Of a stretch of DNA of 64,000 nucleotides, positions 32,101 through 41,020 are shown piece by piece (position 1 is the stretch's first letter; the number at the start of each line of letters is the position of its first letter). The notes below the pieces were generated by a model, which saw only the letters and a list, made by a program, of their open reading frames with translations, was not told the DNA's origin and ran no database searches. A program made the position numbers and the translations under genes. Where the stretch lies: NCBI GenBank assembly GCA_008690995.1, contig VRMN01000002.1:1736001-1800000 (forward strand). The letters run 5' to 3'. This DNA is from Porphyridium purpureum. Taxonomy: Eukaryota.

Positions 32101-35100
32101 AACAAAAGGCGCTGCAGCAGCTCGTTGACGCAACCATAGACATTCCGCCGTACGTCAAACACCCCCAGTGTCATCTCAACTTGTATGAACCATGCGCAAC
32201 GCTCCTCCCTCCGTGCATTGGTCGTCTCAAAGGAGAGATGAGACACGTGTTTCAAGTCGAAAAGCCGCGCGCTCCTGTGGGAACCGAAGCTGGTCTGAGA
32301 GATTCATTTCTTGGAAAGTCAAAAGTCAAAGCAGGGAAAAAGAGCGTTTGGGAGGATGCTTTGTTGATCCATCGGAATGACTGCCAGGACGCGTCGAAGG
32401 AAAAGGAACGCGGCGCATTGTTTTCCATGCTGTCTGAACGTACTCGTGCGCGCGCAGCCGCTATTTGTGACAATGCATACGCTCGAAACAAGGGAAGCTT
32501 GGAGCCTTTTTTGAACAGCATGGACCTCAAGGAATGGGCGAACCACGTCGAGAAAAGGTCAAGTATCTCGTCTTTCTCAAAAGATGTCAATACGAAACCC
32601 ATTGACGGCGGAGCCTTGAATGGACTGGCTGGGACAGGCTTTTTTCGCATATGTGTATCACTTTCCAGTAGTGTCAAAAACATGGTTGCGCAAGCAGTGG
32701 TGCGTTCATGCGAGGATGTGTTTTTTGGGACTGTGTCCGTGGGTCAGTATGTGGCCGCGCGCAACGCACTGCTCGCGAAAGTGAAAGTTATGCAATCGAA
32801 GAACGCACCCAAGCAAAATGGGGAAGAGCTAGTAGATGTTGAAGAGATGGGCGATGGTACGGACGACGATGCGTGCGTCGTCTTTGGTTCGGCATTCTCC
32901 TCTCCAGCTTCGTCGTTTTCCAAGTCCTCTTTACCTACCTCCTCATCTTGCTTGCCTGCCCGAAAGAGCAGGGAGAAAAAGGCGTCGGTGCAAGCACGAG
33001 ATGCAAACTGTGAGGTTGATTTGGAGATGGCAATTGACTTTCCCCTCACATTCGCAGGCGCAGCTCATAGCTTTCCGCATGAACTTGAAGGTGCAGAGCA
33101 GACCGGGGGCCAGGCTACTTTGCAGCCGGCCGACTGCGTGTTTGAGGAAAGAGGTCCGACGAAGCACATCCCTCGGTCTGAACCGAAGAGAAGAAGGAAA
33201 AATGAGGGTGCGATGCGACAAAATTTGGAGGCTGAAAAACACAGAAAGACGAGAAACTTGGCACCCACTGCGTCTCCCGGTAATGATGATTGCGTTGTGA
33301 AAGGCGACGGACAAGTGGTCCTTCAGGAGAAGTCAAAGTCTCGTCAGACTGGGCTCGGAGAATCTGTTTTGTTTTGCAAGAATGGGATTGAGCAAGAGCA
33401 GGCGAAGAGTCCACATGCTTTCGCGAATAGGGAAAAGAGGCGTGAAATTGACCGGGGGAGGGAAAGTGACAGCGATTCATGTTCCTCCTTTGAGGTATGC
33501 GGAGTGTCCGACATTGTTTCGTCCAAGCCGCGACGGCGAGCGGGCCTAAAATTGCATTCTCATCACGCCACCTTTGCCACAGAGAAAAGCCGCCGCTCTG
33601 AGCGAGCTAGTGCTTCTGTTGCTGACGGAGGTGATGCTGCTTCTTCTCGTGCTGGTACCTATAATGATCGCGGGTGCATGCTTAAAATGGGTAATCCAGA
33701 ATCAGTGGCGGAAGGATCGCGAAAGCATCGGCGGGCGCCCTTACTTATCGTTTCGAGTGATGATGACGAGTCTTCCGAGGATTTAGCACTTGAACAAATT
33801 CGGAAGTTGCAACCAACAGGGAGGCCATTGTCAATAAGCCCGCGTAAAATCATGAAGCATGCGCCGACGGCACATTCACGTTTGCGCGGCCCGGCAAAAG
33901 CAAGCTCACATCTCATGGCTTCTCACTCCAGTGAAGCAGGTGAACTCGAAGATGAAGACGCGCAAGTTGGCACAAATGTAGACGCGGTACTAAAGGACCG
34001 TAGCAGTCCGAGCGACTCACATGTCTCATTATGTTGCGAATGCGGTCTGGGCGGCCTGCTGGTGTGCTGTGATGCCTGTCCGGGTGCGCTCCACCTCGAG
34101 TGCGCCAAACCCCCATTACGTATCGTCCCCGAAGGCGAGTGGCTTTGCGGCCAGTGTCACAAGTGGGGTGCTAAGGATTGTGGCGCTTTCCCGAATGGGG
34201 GAGTGGTGAAAGGAGAAGCTCCCAAGATGAAGCGCAAGCGGCTGATTCGCCATGAAGACGCAGAATTGAGTCAGGACCTCATCGTGGAGATCGCTGATGA
34301 ATTGAATGGGAACGATTCCGTTGATTCCTATAGTGATGATGACACATGCAATCTTGGTGAACGCAGCCACCGTCAAGCTCAGAAAGCTGACCAACAGGTG
34401 AAGCTTCAATGCGAGGAGCATCAGCGGGAGCAACAACAGCAGCCTATTCTTTCTGGACGACAGATTCACCCGCGAAAACCAATATTGAAAGATGATGAAG
34501 ATGACGATGATGATTCTGAACAAGGAGAGAATGCGGATAAGGCTCAAAGGCATCACGTGTCGGCAGTGGAAGGTAAGCTGCAAGAACGCAGGAGAAAATG
34601 CGAGTCAGACGAAGGTCCAGTTAAATGCAAAAGTTTGAAGCAGCCAAGTCGTGCATTGCATCCGCAGGCACAGAGAAAGGGGAGGAAGAGAGACACACGA
34701 AGTACTGGCTTTGCTGTCGACAGTACCGCGAAACGCGCTCGCAACAAGCGTTCAGCAGCATTTTATTTTGAAGAAGAAGCAGCTGAGGATTCAGACACAC
34801 AGCTGAAGAAGCAGGCGCGTACAGGCGACCAGGACTCTTACACGTCTGTGGATGATTGCATTGGATCACTGGAGCACTTTCTGGTGAATTCAGTCCCGCA
34901 TGATACCGACTCTACACCAGCTCGCAGGAGTCATGGCAACAGCATTCGAGAGTCAGATTCTCCAGACTGTCCGCAGTCGCTCGATATCTACCGGCGCGCT
35001 ATGTTGACGCAGTACCAGCACGAGATGAACTTTGCAACGCCCATGAATCGAAAGCGAAAGCGGGCTGGAGCGTCTCGGCTCGCGGATATAGCTCGCAGAC

Positions 35101-36368
35101 TTGACATGAATTTGGACCGGGATGTGCAACAAAGACAGAGCAAAGTGATTCAGGCGAAGCGTCTTGGCACGGAAATGGAAAGCGGAGAAGAGAACGCGAA
35201 TGTGTCGGTCGCGGGTCTTGCAGGACAGAACGGTGCTCTTCCCTGGCATGACGATAGCTCCAGTTCAGAATCCGACGCATCAGATCCTGTGGGCAGACTA
35301 GAACTGTTTCCTGTGCTGAGACAGCGACTTGCGAACCATTCTACTGACGCAGGCATCGCAGGACCAAGCAAGAATCATCAAAGTGTCACGCATCCATCTC
35401 TGCACTTGCTTTCCGCGAGCAAGCCGCCTGCCGATCAGGCTGGCCAAGGGCGACTTTCAAGTGCAGCTCACAGAGAGAAAGTCGAGGCTGATGTGCTGGA
35501 CGCCCTGAATTCGCGTGACTCGCGCTTTGGCGCACGCGGTATCCTTGGAGGCGCGCGGGTGTGGGACATTCATTTGCAGCGACAAGCGCAAGAGGTCAAG
35601 GAGCATATAGGCTATGACTTTGAGTGCAGTCCCGTGATCCTCTTGGCGCCGCGACTGATGAATAGTCCACTGGGCCAATTTCTGGCGTCGTCTCAAAGCG
35701 GTCTGGACTGCAGCGGCAACATTGGCGGGGAGGCTCTTGGTGTGCAGCCGGATGTTTTAGTAAGTGCAACCTGTGGTCTGCTCATTCGAAGACACTCCGC
35801 GATGTGCAAAGAGGTGCAAACGCGGTCGCAAGCGAGCGAACTGCTTGCTTGGATTCGCAACCTGCAAAGCGAGCTGCGATGCGTGGTCGTGGTATGCGTC
35901 ATGGATGACCAGACCAAGCAAATCAGCCAGGCGGTGCAAGCTATTTTGGGCGAAATGGTACGTGCGTATCCAGGCACAGTTCGGGGTTGTGTCCTGACCG
36001 AGCAGCAATGCATGGCCCCTGCCAAGTCTTCGTCAGCGTCATCGACTCTGGTAGACATTATCCGTGCGCTACATGCGTCGGAGCTGGCACGATGCCCGCA
36101 GTCGATCGAGGCGCTGCGCGTGTTTCGGAGAGTTATTGGGGGCGGGAAGCTGAAGCAGGTCGAAGCGCTGCGTTCCGTCCTGGCTGGCCACGCGCACGCG
36201 AGTGTGCTCGCTCTCCTACTGGCTCGCGCGGGGTCTTTGGCAAAATTGGCTTCGTTCTCTGTGCAAGAAATCCAAGCGTTGTTGCCGCCTGCGGTGCTTT
36301 CGCCCGCACTTTGCTCCGACTTGTATGCGATGTGTGCGCTGACGGCGTCCGAGTATGCCTTGGTATGA
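29178..36368 (+). CDS. FANCM: FANCM/Mph1-family DEAH helicase with a PHD finger and a C-terminal ERCC4-like/HhH region
   Basis: LRPYQ, LPTGLGKT, APTRPL, DEAHRARG, GLSATPG, IFTEFRESV, FVGQA, ATCIGEEGLDIG, QRMGRTGR. Alternative ATG at 29124. Confidence 0.92.
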   Translation: MASDADFFEIETDDEDSGNGGGTYLARPQMPVSESVWPVQPLTDQKHQAQPPQQERQEHHTDCIAQVPPRDRGGALLSTHERGSSTLIGQHHAHTLPNTQSFQNQGHQRKSLGLNMTRNQDAQPIECVADMLDEDDWDIDMEVVERIERAHMEQKLHGATHTDGHYPPESCFREPERQGPMPTQALSARSIERGTLNAGPVCNFPPQSYNATVGLCVSTEPSPATPSSGPRLACAQFTGNASAPLARLDASASMQGNLLAGLPGKSSSSPALHLAKPCEVIEITQPWSSSAGDFTQSNVQHHLVTEHYLVQSLEPVAEGNLNGNEHEHELKQTTLDAFVRGRGKGAAAGVSSSPPPDVVFVRARSVDAKHHPLVEATVQDTCGTNGAAAPSSLYAHWIVPSNLNLRPYQSSLAASALGANSLICLPTGLGKTRIASVLILNMVHWFPRGRTLFIAPTRPLITQQRASILDTTGLSPEFVQEVTGMTPAKDRAAAWRSSGSSQSAVKVVVATAQVALNDLLAGKVDASAFVLVVVDEAHRARGNTAACKLVQELMLRTQYTIRVVGLSATPGNSKELVQELVTNLSITRVCCKSETDADVAPYVHARKKKSVVVTLQGHLLGAVLQCALLGESALTRLANLRILLFPVRECFSVLKQQLADLRARNFEPAAMPLAQLEMNRAPDEERKEAYDTLPSLGMIRAVRQRWLETLPPETTSREKYAIEGDFAFLTVWAQLMRTLKTHGIRAIQANLHRLHAGPQTSRARIECCNSPVFRALLSFVDSAVRDGAVHPKVLLCEHVVLDHMRKTQTGTRPAASGGGGDPKGSQSSNVIIFTEFRESVAELESRFAKHRPVVRAAGFVGQANAGSKKEREQEARAMNDDGERGNANDRTNGLHAPRRGMKQREQRAVIEAFHRGEINVLIATCIGEEGLDIGSVDLIVMFDVSRSQVRWIQRMGRTGRTKRGNVVALVTGGAEQKALQQLVDATIDIPPYVKHPQCHLNLYEPCATLLPPCIGRLKGEMRHVFQVEKPRAPVGTEAGLRDSFLGKSKVKAGKKSVWEDALLIHRNDCQDASKEKERGALFSMLSERTRARAAAICDNAYARNKGSLEPFLNSMDLKEWANHVEKRSSISSFSKDVNTKPIDGGALNGLAGTGFFRICVSLSSSVKNMVAQAVVRSCEDVFFGTVSVGQYVAARNALLAKVKVMQSKNAPKQNGEELVDVEEMGDGTDDDACVVFGSAFSSPASSFSKSSLPTSSSCLPARKSREKKASVQARDANCEVDLEMAIDFPLTFAGAAHSFPHELEGAEQTGGQATLQPADCVFEERGPTKHIPRSEPKRRRKNEGAMRQNLEAEKHRKTRNLAPTASPGNDDCVVKGDGQVVLQEKSKSRQTGLGESVLFCKNGIEQEQAKSPHAFANREKRREIDRGRESDSDSCSSFEVCGVSDIVSSKPRRRAGLKLHSHHATFATEKSRRSERASASVADGGDAASSRAGTYNDRGCMLKMGNPESVAEGSRKHRRAPLLIVSSDDDESSEDLALEQIRKLQPTGRPLSISPRKIMKHAPTAHSRLRGPAKASSHLMASHSSEAGELEDEDAQVGTNVDAVLKDRSSPSDSHVSLCCECGLGGLLVCCDACPGALHLECAKPPLRIVPEGEWLCGQCHKWGAKDCGAFPNGGVVKGEAPKMKRKRLIRHEDAELSQDLIVEIADELNGNDSVDSYSDDDTCNLGERSHRQAQKADQQVKLQCEEHQREQQQQPILSGRQIHPRKPILKDDEDDDDDSEQGENADKAQRHHVSAVEGKLQERRRKCESDEGPVKCKSLKQPSRALHPQAQRKGRKRDTRSTGFAVDSTAKRARNKRSAAFYFEEEAAEDSDTQLKKQARTGDQDSYTSVDDCIGSLEHFLVNSVPHDTDSTPARRSHGNSIRESDSPDCPQSLDIYRRAMLTQYQHEMNFATPMNRKRKRAGASRLADIARRLDMNLDRDVQQRQSKVIQAKRLGTEMESGEENANVSVAGLAGQNGALPWHDDSSSSESDASDPVGRLELFPVLRQRLANHSTDAGIAGPSKNHQSVTHPSLHLLSASKPPADQAGQGRLSSAAHREKVEADVLDALNSRDSRFGARGILGGARVWDIHLQRQAQEVKEHIGYDFECSPVILLAPRLMNSPLGQFLASSQSGLDCSGNIGGEALGVQPDVLVSATCGLLIRRHSAMCKEVQTRSQASELLAWIRNLQSELRCVVVVCVMDDQTKQISQAVQAILGEMVRAYPGTVRGCVLTEQQCMAPAKSSSASSTLVDIIRALHASELARCPQSIEALRVFRRVIGGGKLKQVEALRSVLAGHAHASVLALLLARAGSLAKLASFSVQEIQALLPPAVLSPALCSDLYAMCALTASEYALV

Positions 36369-36488
36369 GAAGAGCAGACCATCATCCACACACCCCATTT
36401 CACTAGCCGCACAAAAATATTGGAATCGTAAAATAACACTGTTTCATGCAGGAATAACGCAAATCACGTGAGAGTCGGCCCGGCGCGC

Positions 36489-37355
36489 ATGAGTGGCCGT
36501 ACGCAGTGGCGATGGATGATGGACTGCGCCATGGAGCAAGACCTGCGGTGGAGGTTCTCGGATGAGGAGATTGCCCTGACTCCGAGCCGTGTCGCAGGCG
36601 TGTCGGCGGAGGAGGAGACGTCTCGTGTGCGGGCGGCAGCGAGGCTGATTGCGGACGCGGGAGTCGCGATTCGCGTCGAGCCCGTCGCGATCGGAGTCTC
36701 GATCAAGTTCCTGCAGCGCTTCTTCATGCTCGAGTCAGTGACGAGTGTGCATCCATTGGAAGTGGCGCCTGCCTGCCTGTTCCTCGGATGTAAGTGCCAG
36801 GAACAGGCTGTGCGTGCACAGGACGTCATCCAGAGCACCTTCAAGCTTCGCACGAGATGTGCCGAATTCCCAGAAGGCGAGGAAATCATGGTCGCGGATC
36901 CGCGTTTTTTCGACGAGAAGCAGGCTTTGCTGAAAGCAGAGCGGGACATTCTCCGCGTGCTCAATTTTGACCTGGAAGTGCGGCACCCGTACAAATATTT
37001 ATACGATCTAGTAAGCTCCATGCATGGCAACCAAAGCCCGTCCAACAATCTCATTTCGAAGCAGATCATGCTTGTCGCGCATTGCATACTGAATGATAGC
37101 TTCTCGGGCACTGATGTGCATCTGAGATTTGACGAGCGTGATATAGCTGCCGTCGCCTATTACTTTGCCGCAAAATGCATACCGAACTGTGAGCTGTCGA
37201 GTGGCACATATCGCGATGCGACCGGGGCTCGGCACAAAGCGTGGCACGAGTTCTATACCAGCGACATGGACGCAGTGGAAAAGATCGGCGATGCCATCAT
37301 CAGTATGTACAAGCAAGACCAGGAGAAAGATCAAAGGCAAGTTCCTGCAGGTTGA
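36489..37355 (+). CDS. transcriptional cyclin (cyclin K/T/L family)
   Basis: TPSRVAGVS, FLQRFF, ACLFLGCKCQE, ERDILRVLNFDLEVRHPYKYL, LNDS. Confidence 0.88.
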   Translation: MSGRTQWRWMMDCAMEQDLRWRFSDEEIALTPSRVAGVSAEEETSRVRAAARLIADAGVAIRVEPVAIGVSIKFLQRFFMLESVTSVHPLEVAPACLFLGCKCQEQAVRAQDVIQSTFKLRTRCAEFPEGEEIMVADPRFFDEKQALLKAERDILRVLNFDLEVRHPYKYLYDLVSSMHGNQSPSNNLISKQIMLVAHCILNDSFSGTDVHLRFDERDIAAVAYYFAAKCIPNCELSSGTYRDATGARHKAWHEFYTSDMDAVEKIGDAIISMYKQDQEKDQRQVPAG

Positions 37356-37396
37356 TATTTATCGATTTGGTACATGCAACCTTTTGACTGTAGCCC

Positions 37397-39517
37397 TTAG
37401 ACGATATGCCGCCCGCTGAGCCACCGTGATGTGTCAGCCTCCAAGCGGAGCACCGAGTCCATATCATAACCGCGCGCCAGGCCGTTCTGGCGCAATTGGG
37501 TCATCGTGTGATTGAATGCTTCTGCTGCGTGGCGGCTTTCTAGCTGCGCCGCTGAATCACCGGAGCTTTTTTCTTTTTCTTGATATCGCCGCATGAGACT
37601 CTGCTGCACTTGCGCCTGCCCGCGCAGAAGCCACATGTCCAAATCGGATGCGTGATAAAGTGGCGCCGTCTTCCACGCGTCGTTCTCGAATTTGGATAGG
37701 ATGCGCAGAGCCTCGGTAAACTCCTCGCCTGCCTTTTCTATATTTCCAAGCTTCAAGTTCAATGTGCCCATCAGGCCAAGCACATCTACGAACATGGGAG
37801 TGTGCTGGACACCTAAAGATACGGTATTCGGGTCCGTTTCACCATTGTCCATCATGCCGTTCAGCGTAAGCATGATTTCATCGGCGTCAATCTGGGCCGA
37901 GATGTAGTCGTCTTTGAGAAGGTGCAACGAAACCAGATTGGAAAGCGCATTGACACGGAAAGTTGTAAATTTGAGACCTTTCACCTCCAGCATGTCAAGC
38001 ACCTTGTGCACGAGGACATGTGCCTGAGATAAGCGGCGCTGCCGAAGGTCCAAGGCTATCTCCAGTAAGTCGCGCTTCACTATGATCAAGCTATCATCAT
38101 ACGAGAGCGAGCTGGCGCGGTTTTGCAATTGATCGGACACATGCTGCAGCAATTGCCGCACAGGTTCCAAAGTATCCGCGCTGGAGGCATCAGTGCCAAT
38201 ATCATACAATTGTGTCTCCATGGCCTCCGCCAGCGAAATCTCCAACAGCACAATATTATCCAGATCGTGCTGCTGCTCGGAGAAGGGCAGTTGCAAGGCA
38301 GTCAAGATGCAATGAGCGCGCCGTGGCGCCTCCACGCAAAAGCGCATGCAGGGGAGCGCGGCGACAAGAAATTCGCGCGCCGTACCGGGGTCCAGATCCT
38401 TCCAGGCCAGCTCGAAGCTATGCGTCATATTTTCTTGCTCAGTGTCGTACAGCCGCATTGCGGCTGTGCGCTTGCCTGCATCACTGTGTATGCTCCTTTC
38501 GTCAATGCTTCGCAACAGGCATGTGTAGTACTTCACGTACAAGTTTGAAAGCGTGAGTGTCAGTCCCTGGTCATCCGCACACTCGCGCAGAAAGCCCTGC
38601 ACCACGGCGTGTAGTTTAAAGGGCAGCGTTTGCGAGCGGCTTTGAAGAATAATGTGCTCGTCCATCAGCACGCGATACTTTGCTGAAAACCCAAGTGCGC
38701 CAAAGGCTTCTGCTTCTTTGTCGCCCACACAAAAGTTTTCGCCCCTGCTGGCCAAAAAGAGTGCCGCGCGGTGGTCAAACGAAGCAGGAAAAACGCTGAA
38801 TGAAATTGCAGCAAACTGTATCTCTGGCCGTAATGCCCGAAATCGCCGCTCTATGTCGTCATAAATCAATGCTTTCAGCGGCAGGTACCGGGTCGTGTCG
38901 TGGTAGTTCGGGTACATGGCAATTTTTAGAGTTTGCTGCAAGTCGCGCGACTTTGCAGACACCGCCAGCTGCATGTCTGCGAGTGCGCTGTTTCTGTTGA
39001 CTTGCGAATTGAGAGGGCGGTGTACGGATGGATCTGTCTCACCTTCCGAGCGACAGCGTACGCGAGTCTTGTACTTATCGTTCTGTCTTTTGCGACGCTT
39101 CTCCACTTGCGCCTTGAGCATTTTTTCATTTTCGGTCAGCTCGGCGTCTGGCTTGGAAAAGACATACTTGGCGGGCCGCCCACGCCTCTTTGCGGTTTCG
39201 TTTTCTGCCGAAAGAGGCTCGTGTCCGCTGACGAGCCCGTCGTGAGGAGCTTCTTTTCCAAATTGCACATGCGAGTCGCTCTTGCTGGCAGCCTGCGCGG
39301 GATGCATTGGTGATCCCGCCTTGCCCGATGACGGACCGGCTTGAATCTCCGCGCCGTCGTGGGCATGCCACGGCGCTGCGCCAGTCGCTCTGGACTCTTT
39401 GGCAGCCGCGGCGCCTTCCTTTCCATTGGCGCCACTCGAGTGAATGTATTTCCGCGGCCGCCCGCGCGGCGTGCGCGTCACGCTTTTCGCCACGCCGCCG
39501 TGTTTGCTCGCGTCCAT
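37397..39517 (-). CDS. AT-hook protein with a basic helix, a STAND-like winged-helix region and TPR-like helices
   Basis: PRGRPRKY and KRRGRPAKY hooks; EKRRKRQNDKY; SFSVFPASFDHRAA...FKLHAVVQGF; LYDTEQENM; C-terminal TPR-like helices. Confidence 0.7.
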   Translation of the reverse strand: MDASKHGGVAKSVTRTPRGRPRKYIHSSGANGKEGAAAAKESRATGAAPWHAHDGAEIQAGPSSGKAGSPMHPAQAASKSDSHVQFGKEAPHDGLVSGHEPLSAENETAKRRGRPAKYVFSKPDAELTENEKMLKAQVEKRRKRQNDKYKTRVRCRSEGETDPSVHRPLNSQVNRNSALADMQLAVSAKSRDLQQTLKIAMYPNYHDTTRYLPLKALIYDDIERRFRALRPEIQFAAISFSVFPASFDHRAALFLASRGENFCVGDKEAEAFGALGFSAKYRVLMDEHIILQSRSQTLPFKLHAVVQGFLRECADDQGLTLTLSNLYVKYYTCLLRSIDERSIHSDAGKRTAAMRLYDTEQENMTHSFELAWKDLDPGTAREFLVAALPCMRFCVEAPRRAHCILTALQLPFSEQQHDLDNIVLLEISLAEAMETQLYDIGTDASSADTLEPVRQLLQHVSDQLQNRASSLSYDDSLIIVKRDLLEIALDLRQRRLSQAHVLVHKVLDMLEVKGLKFTTFRVNALSNLVSLHLLKDDYISAQIDADEIMLTLNGMMDNGETDPNTVSLGVQHTPMFVDVLGLMGTLNLKLGNIEKAGEEFTEALRILSKFENDAWKTAPLYHASDLDMWLLRGQAQVQQSLMRRYQEKEKSSGDSAAQLESRHAAEAFNHTMTQLRQNGLARGYDMDSVLRLEADTSRWLSGRHIV

Positions 39518-39806
39518 CACGGCAACGCTCAACTGCCGAACCACATGGCGCGCTTCGCATTCATCTCGTGAAGAAAAAGCGCGCGCGCGCAGAGACTGTA
39601 CCTACAAGTTCAGTGTGTTGCACAGTTTTACTGCACTTTGACGGAAGGGATGAGTCGGCTGGTGCGTGGGCTCGAGCAGTCGCATGCGAGCGCGAGAATG
39701 GGATACGTGGGTCGGTGTTCCGGCCTTTCGTCTGCGTTTCTCGACCCGGATGTACTCCGTCTGATATTTCAGAGAGGAGCCGCAGCAAAAAAGTTCTTCT
39801 TTTTTC

Positions 39807-40661
39807 TCACTGATTCTTAGCAACGGGCTCCAGTGAAACGCCGCGAGCGATGGTCGACGCGTCGGCTTGAGCTGTGGCGACGCTGATCAGCGTGGCAATC
39901 TGTACGTGCTTGGGCCGCGTGACGACGTAGTGAATCTGGTCTGCGATGTCGTCTGCGTTCATCGGCACCAGTCGGTCGTACACGGCTTCGGCCTTGCTCT
40001 GGTCGCCGTTGAAGCGCACCACACTGAATTCGGTCTGCACAGCGCCGGGTGAAAGAGTCGTAATACGCACGGCCGAATTCACCAGGTCGTGCCTTGCAGC
40101 ATCTGAGAAGGCAAGTAGCGCCGCCTTGGTCCCACAGTATACTGAGCCGCCAGCGTATGGATTATGACCCGCAGTCGAGCCAATGTTCACAAGATGACCT
40201 GTGTTGCGCTGCTTCATGCGCTGCAGAAAAGCTGACGCAAGAACAAATGCACCACTCACATTCACATTCACCATCCCGATAACATTGGCAACACTGTTAT
40301 CATATACCGCGTCCTTGCCCAGTGCCAGACCTGCGTTGTTGACGACAATGTCAACGTCGCGGTACTCCTCAGGAAGGACATCGGGCAGGCGTGCGACCTC
40401 GTCCATATTTGCTCCCAAATCCATACCGATCACGTGCACGCGCACATCCCCGCCGCCCGGGCCTGCGCTTTTTCCTGTGCCATTCCGCAGCGCCAGAAGC
40501 TCTTGCTGGATCACGGCAAGCCGTTCTTTTCTGCGCGCAATCAGCACCAGACGCGAAATGCCTTCTTCTACCAACCGGAAAGCGACGGCTTTGCCGATCC
40601 CGCTCGATGCGCCGGTGATAAGCGCACACTGGCCTTCCAGTGATAACGTAGCGTACGGCAT
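39807..40661 (-). CDS. short-chain dehydrogenase (YdfG/YMR226C-like NADP-dependent 3-hydroxy acid dehydrogenase)
   Basis: ITGASSGIG, ARRKERL, VNNAGLALG, YCGTK, PGAVQTEFSVVRF; ATG at 40661. Confidence 0.92.
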   Translation of the reverse strand: MPYATLSLEGQCALITGASSGIGKAVAFRLVEEGISRLVLIARRKERLAVIQQELLALRNGTGKSAGPGGGDVRVHVIGMDLGANMDEVARLPDVLPEEYRDVDIVVNNAGLALGKDAVYDNSVANVIGMVNVNVSGAFVLASAFLQRMKQRNTGHLVNIGSTAGHNPYAGGSVYCGTKAALLAFSDAARHDLVNSAVRITTLSPGAVQTEFSVVRFNGDQSKAEAVYDRLVPMNADDIADQIHYVVTRPKHVQIATLISVATAQADASTIARGVSLEPVAKNQ

Positions 40662-40764
40662 TCTGCCTCGACCTCGTCTCCAATTCCAAGATGCCCACAC
40701 ACACACACGCAATCTTTGTGAGCTCAACCCGAAAGGAAAACCAAATGTCTTACAAGAAACCATT

Positions 40765-40914
40765 AAACCGTATAAACCGTATAAACCGTATAAACCGTAT
40801 AAACCGTATAAACCGTATAAACCGTATAAACCGTATAAACCGTATAAACCGTATAAACCGTATAAACCGTATAAACCGTATAAACCGTATAAACCGTATA
40901 GACCGTATAGACCG
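40765..40914. repeat. 9-bp tandem repeat (AAACCGTAT) x15, plus one AGACCGTAT and a partial unit
   Basis: Directly visible; perfect units 40765-40899, variants to 40914; lies between two divergent ATGs (40661 and 41021). Confidence 0.98.
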
Positions 40915-41020
40915 ATTAGTCGAAAGGAAGGCGAACGTTTCCCGCCGGCGTCCGTGGGTGGGAGCGGCAGAGAAGGTGAGGAAGCTGAAGTTGTGAAAGT
41001 GTTTGCTACTTGCGGTGACG

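Noticed and set aside
40765..40914. CRISPR array
   Set aside because: No spacers, unit far too short, no cas genes, eukaryotic context.
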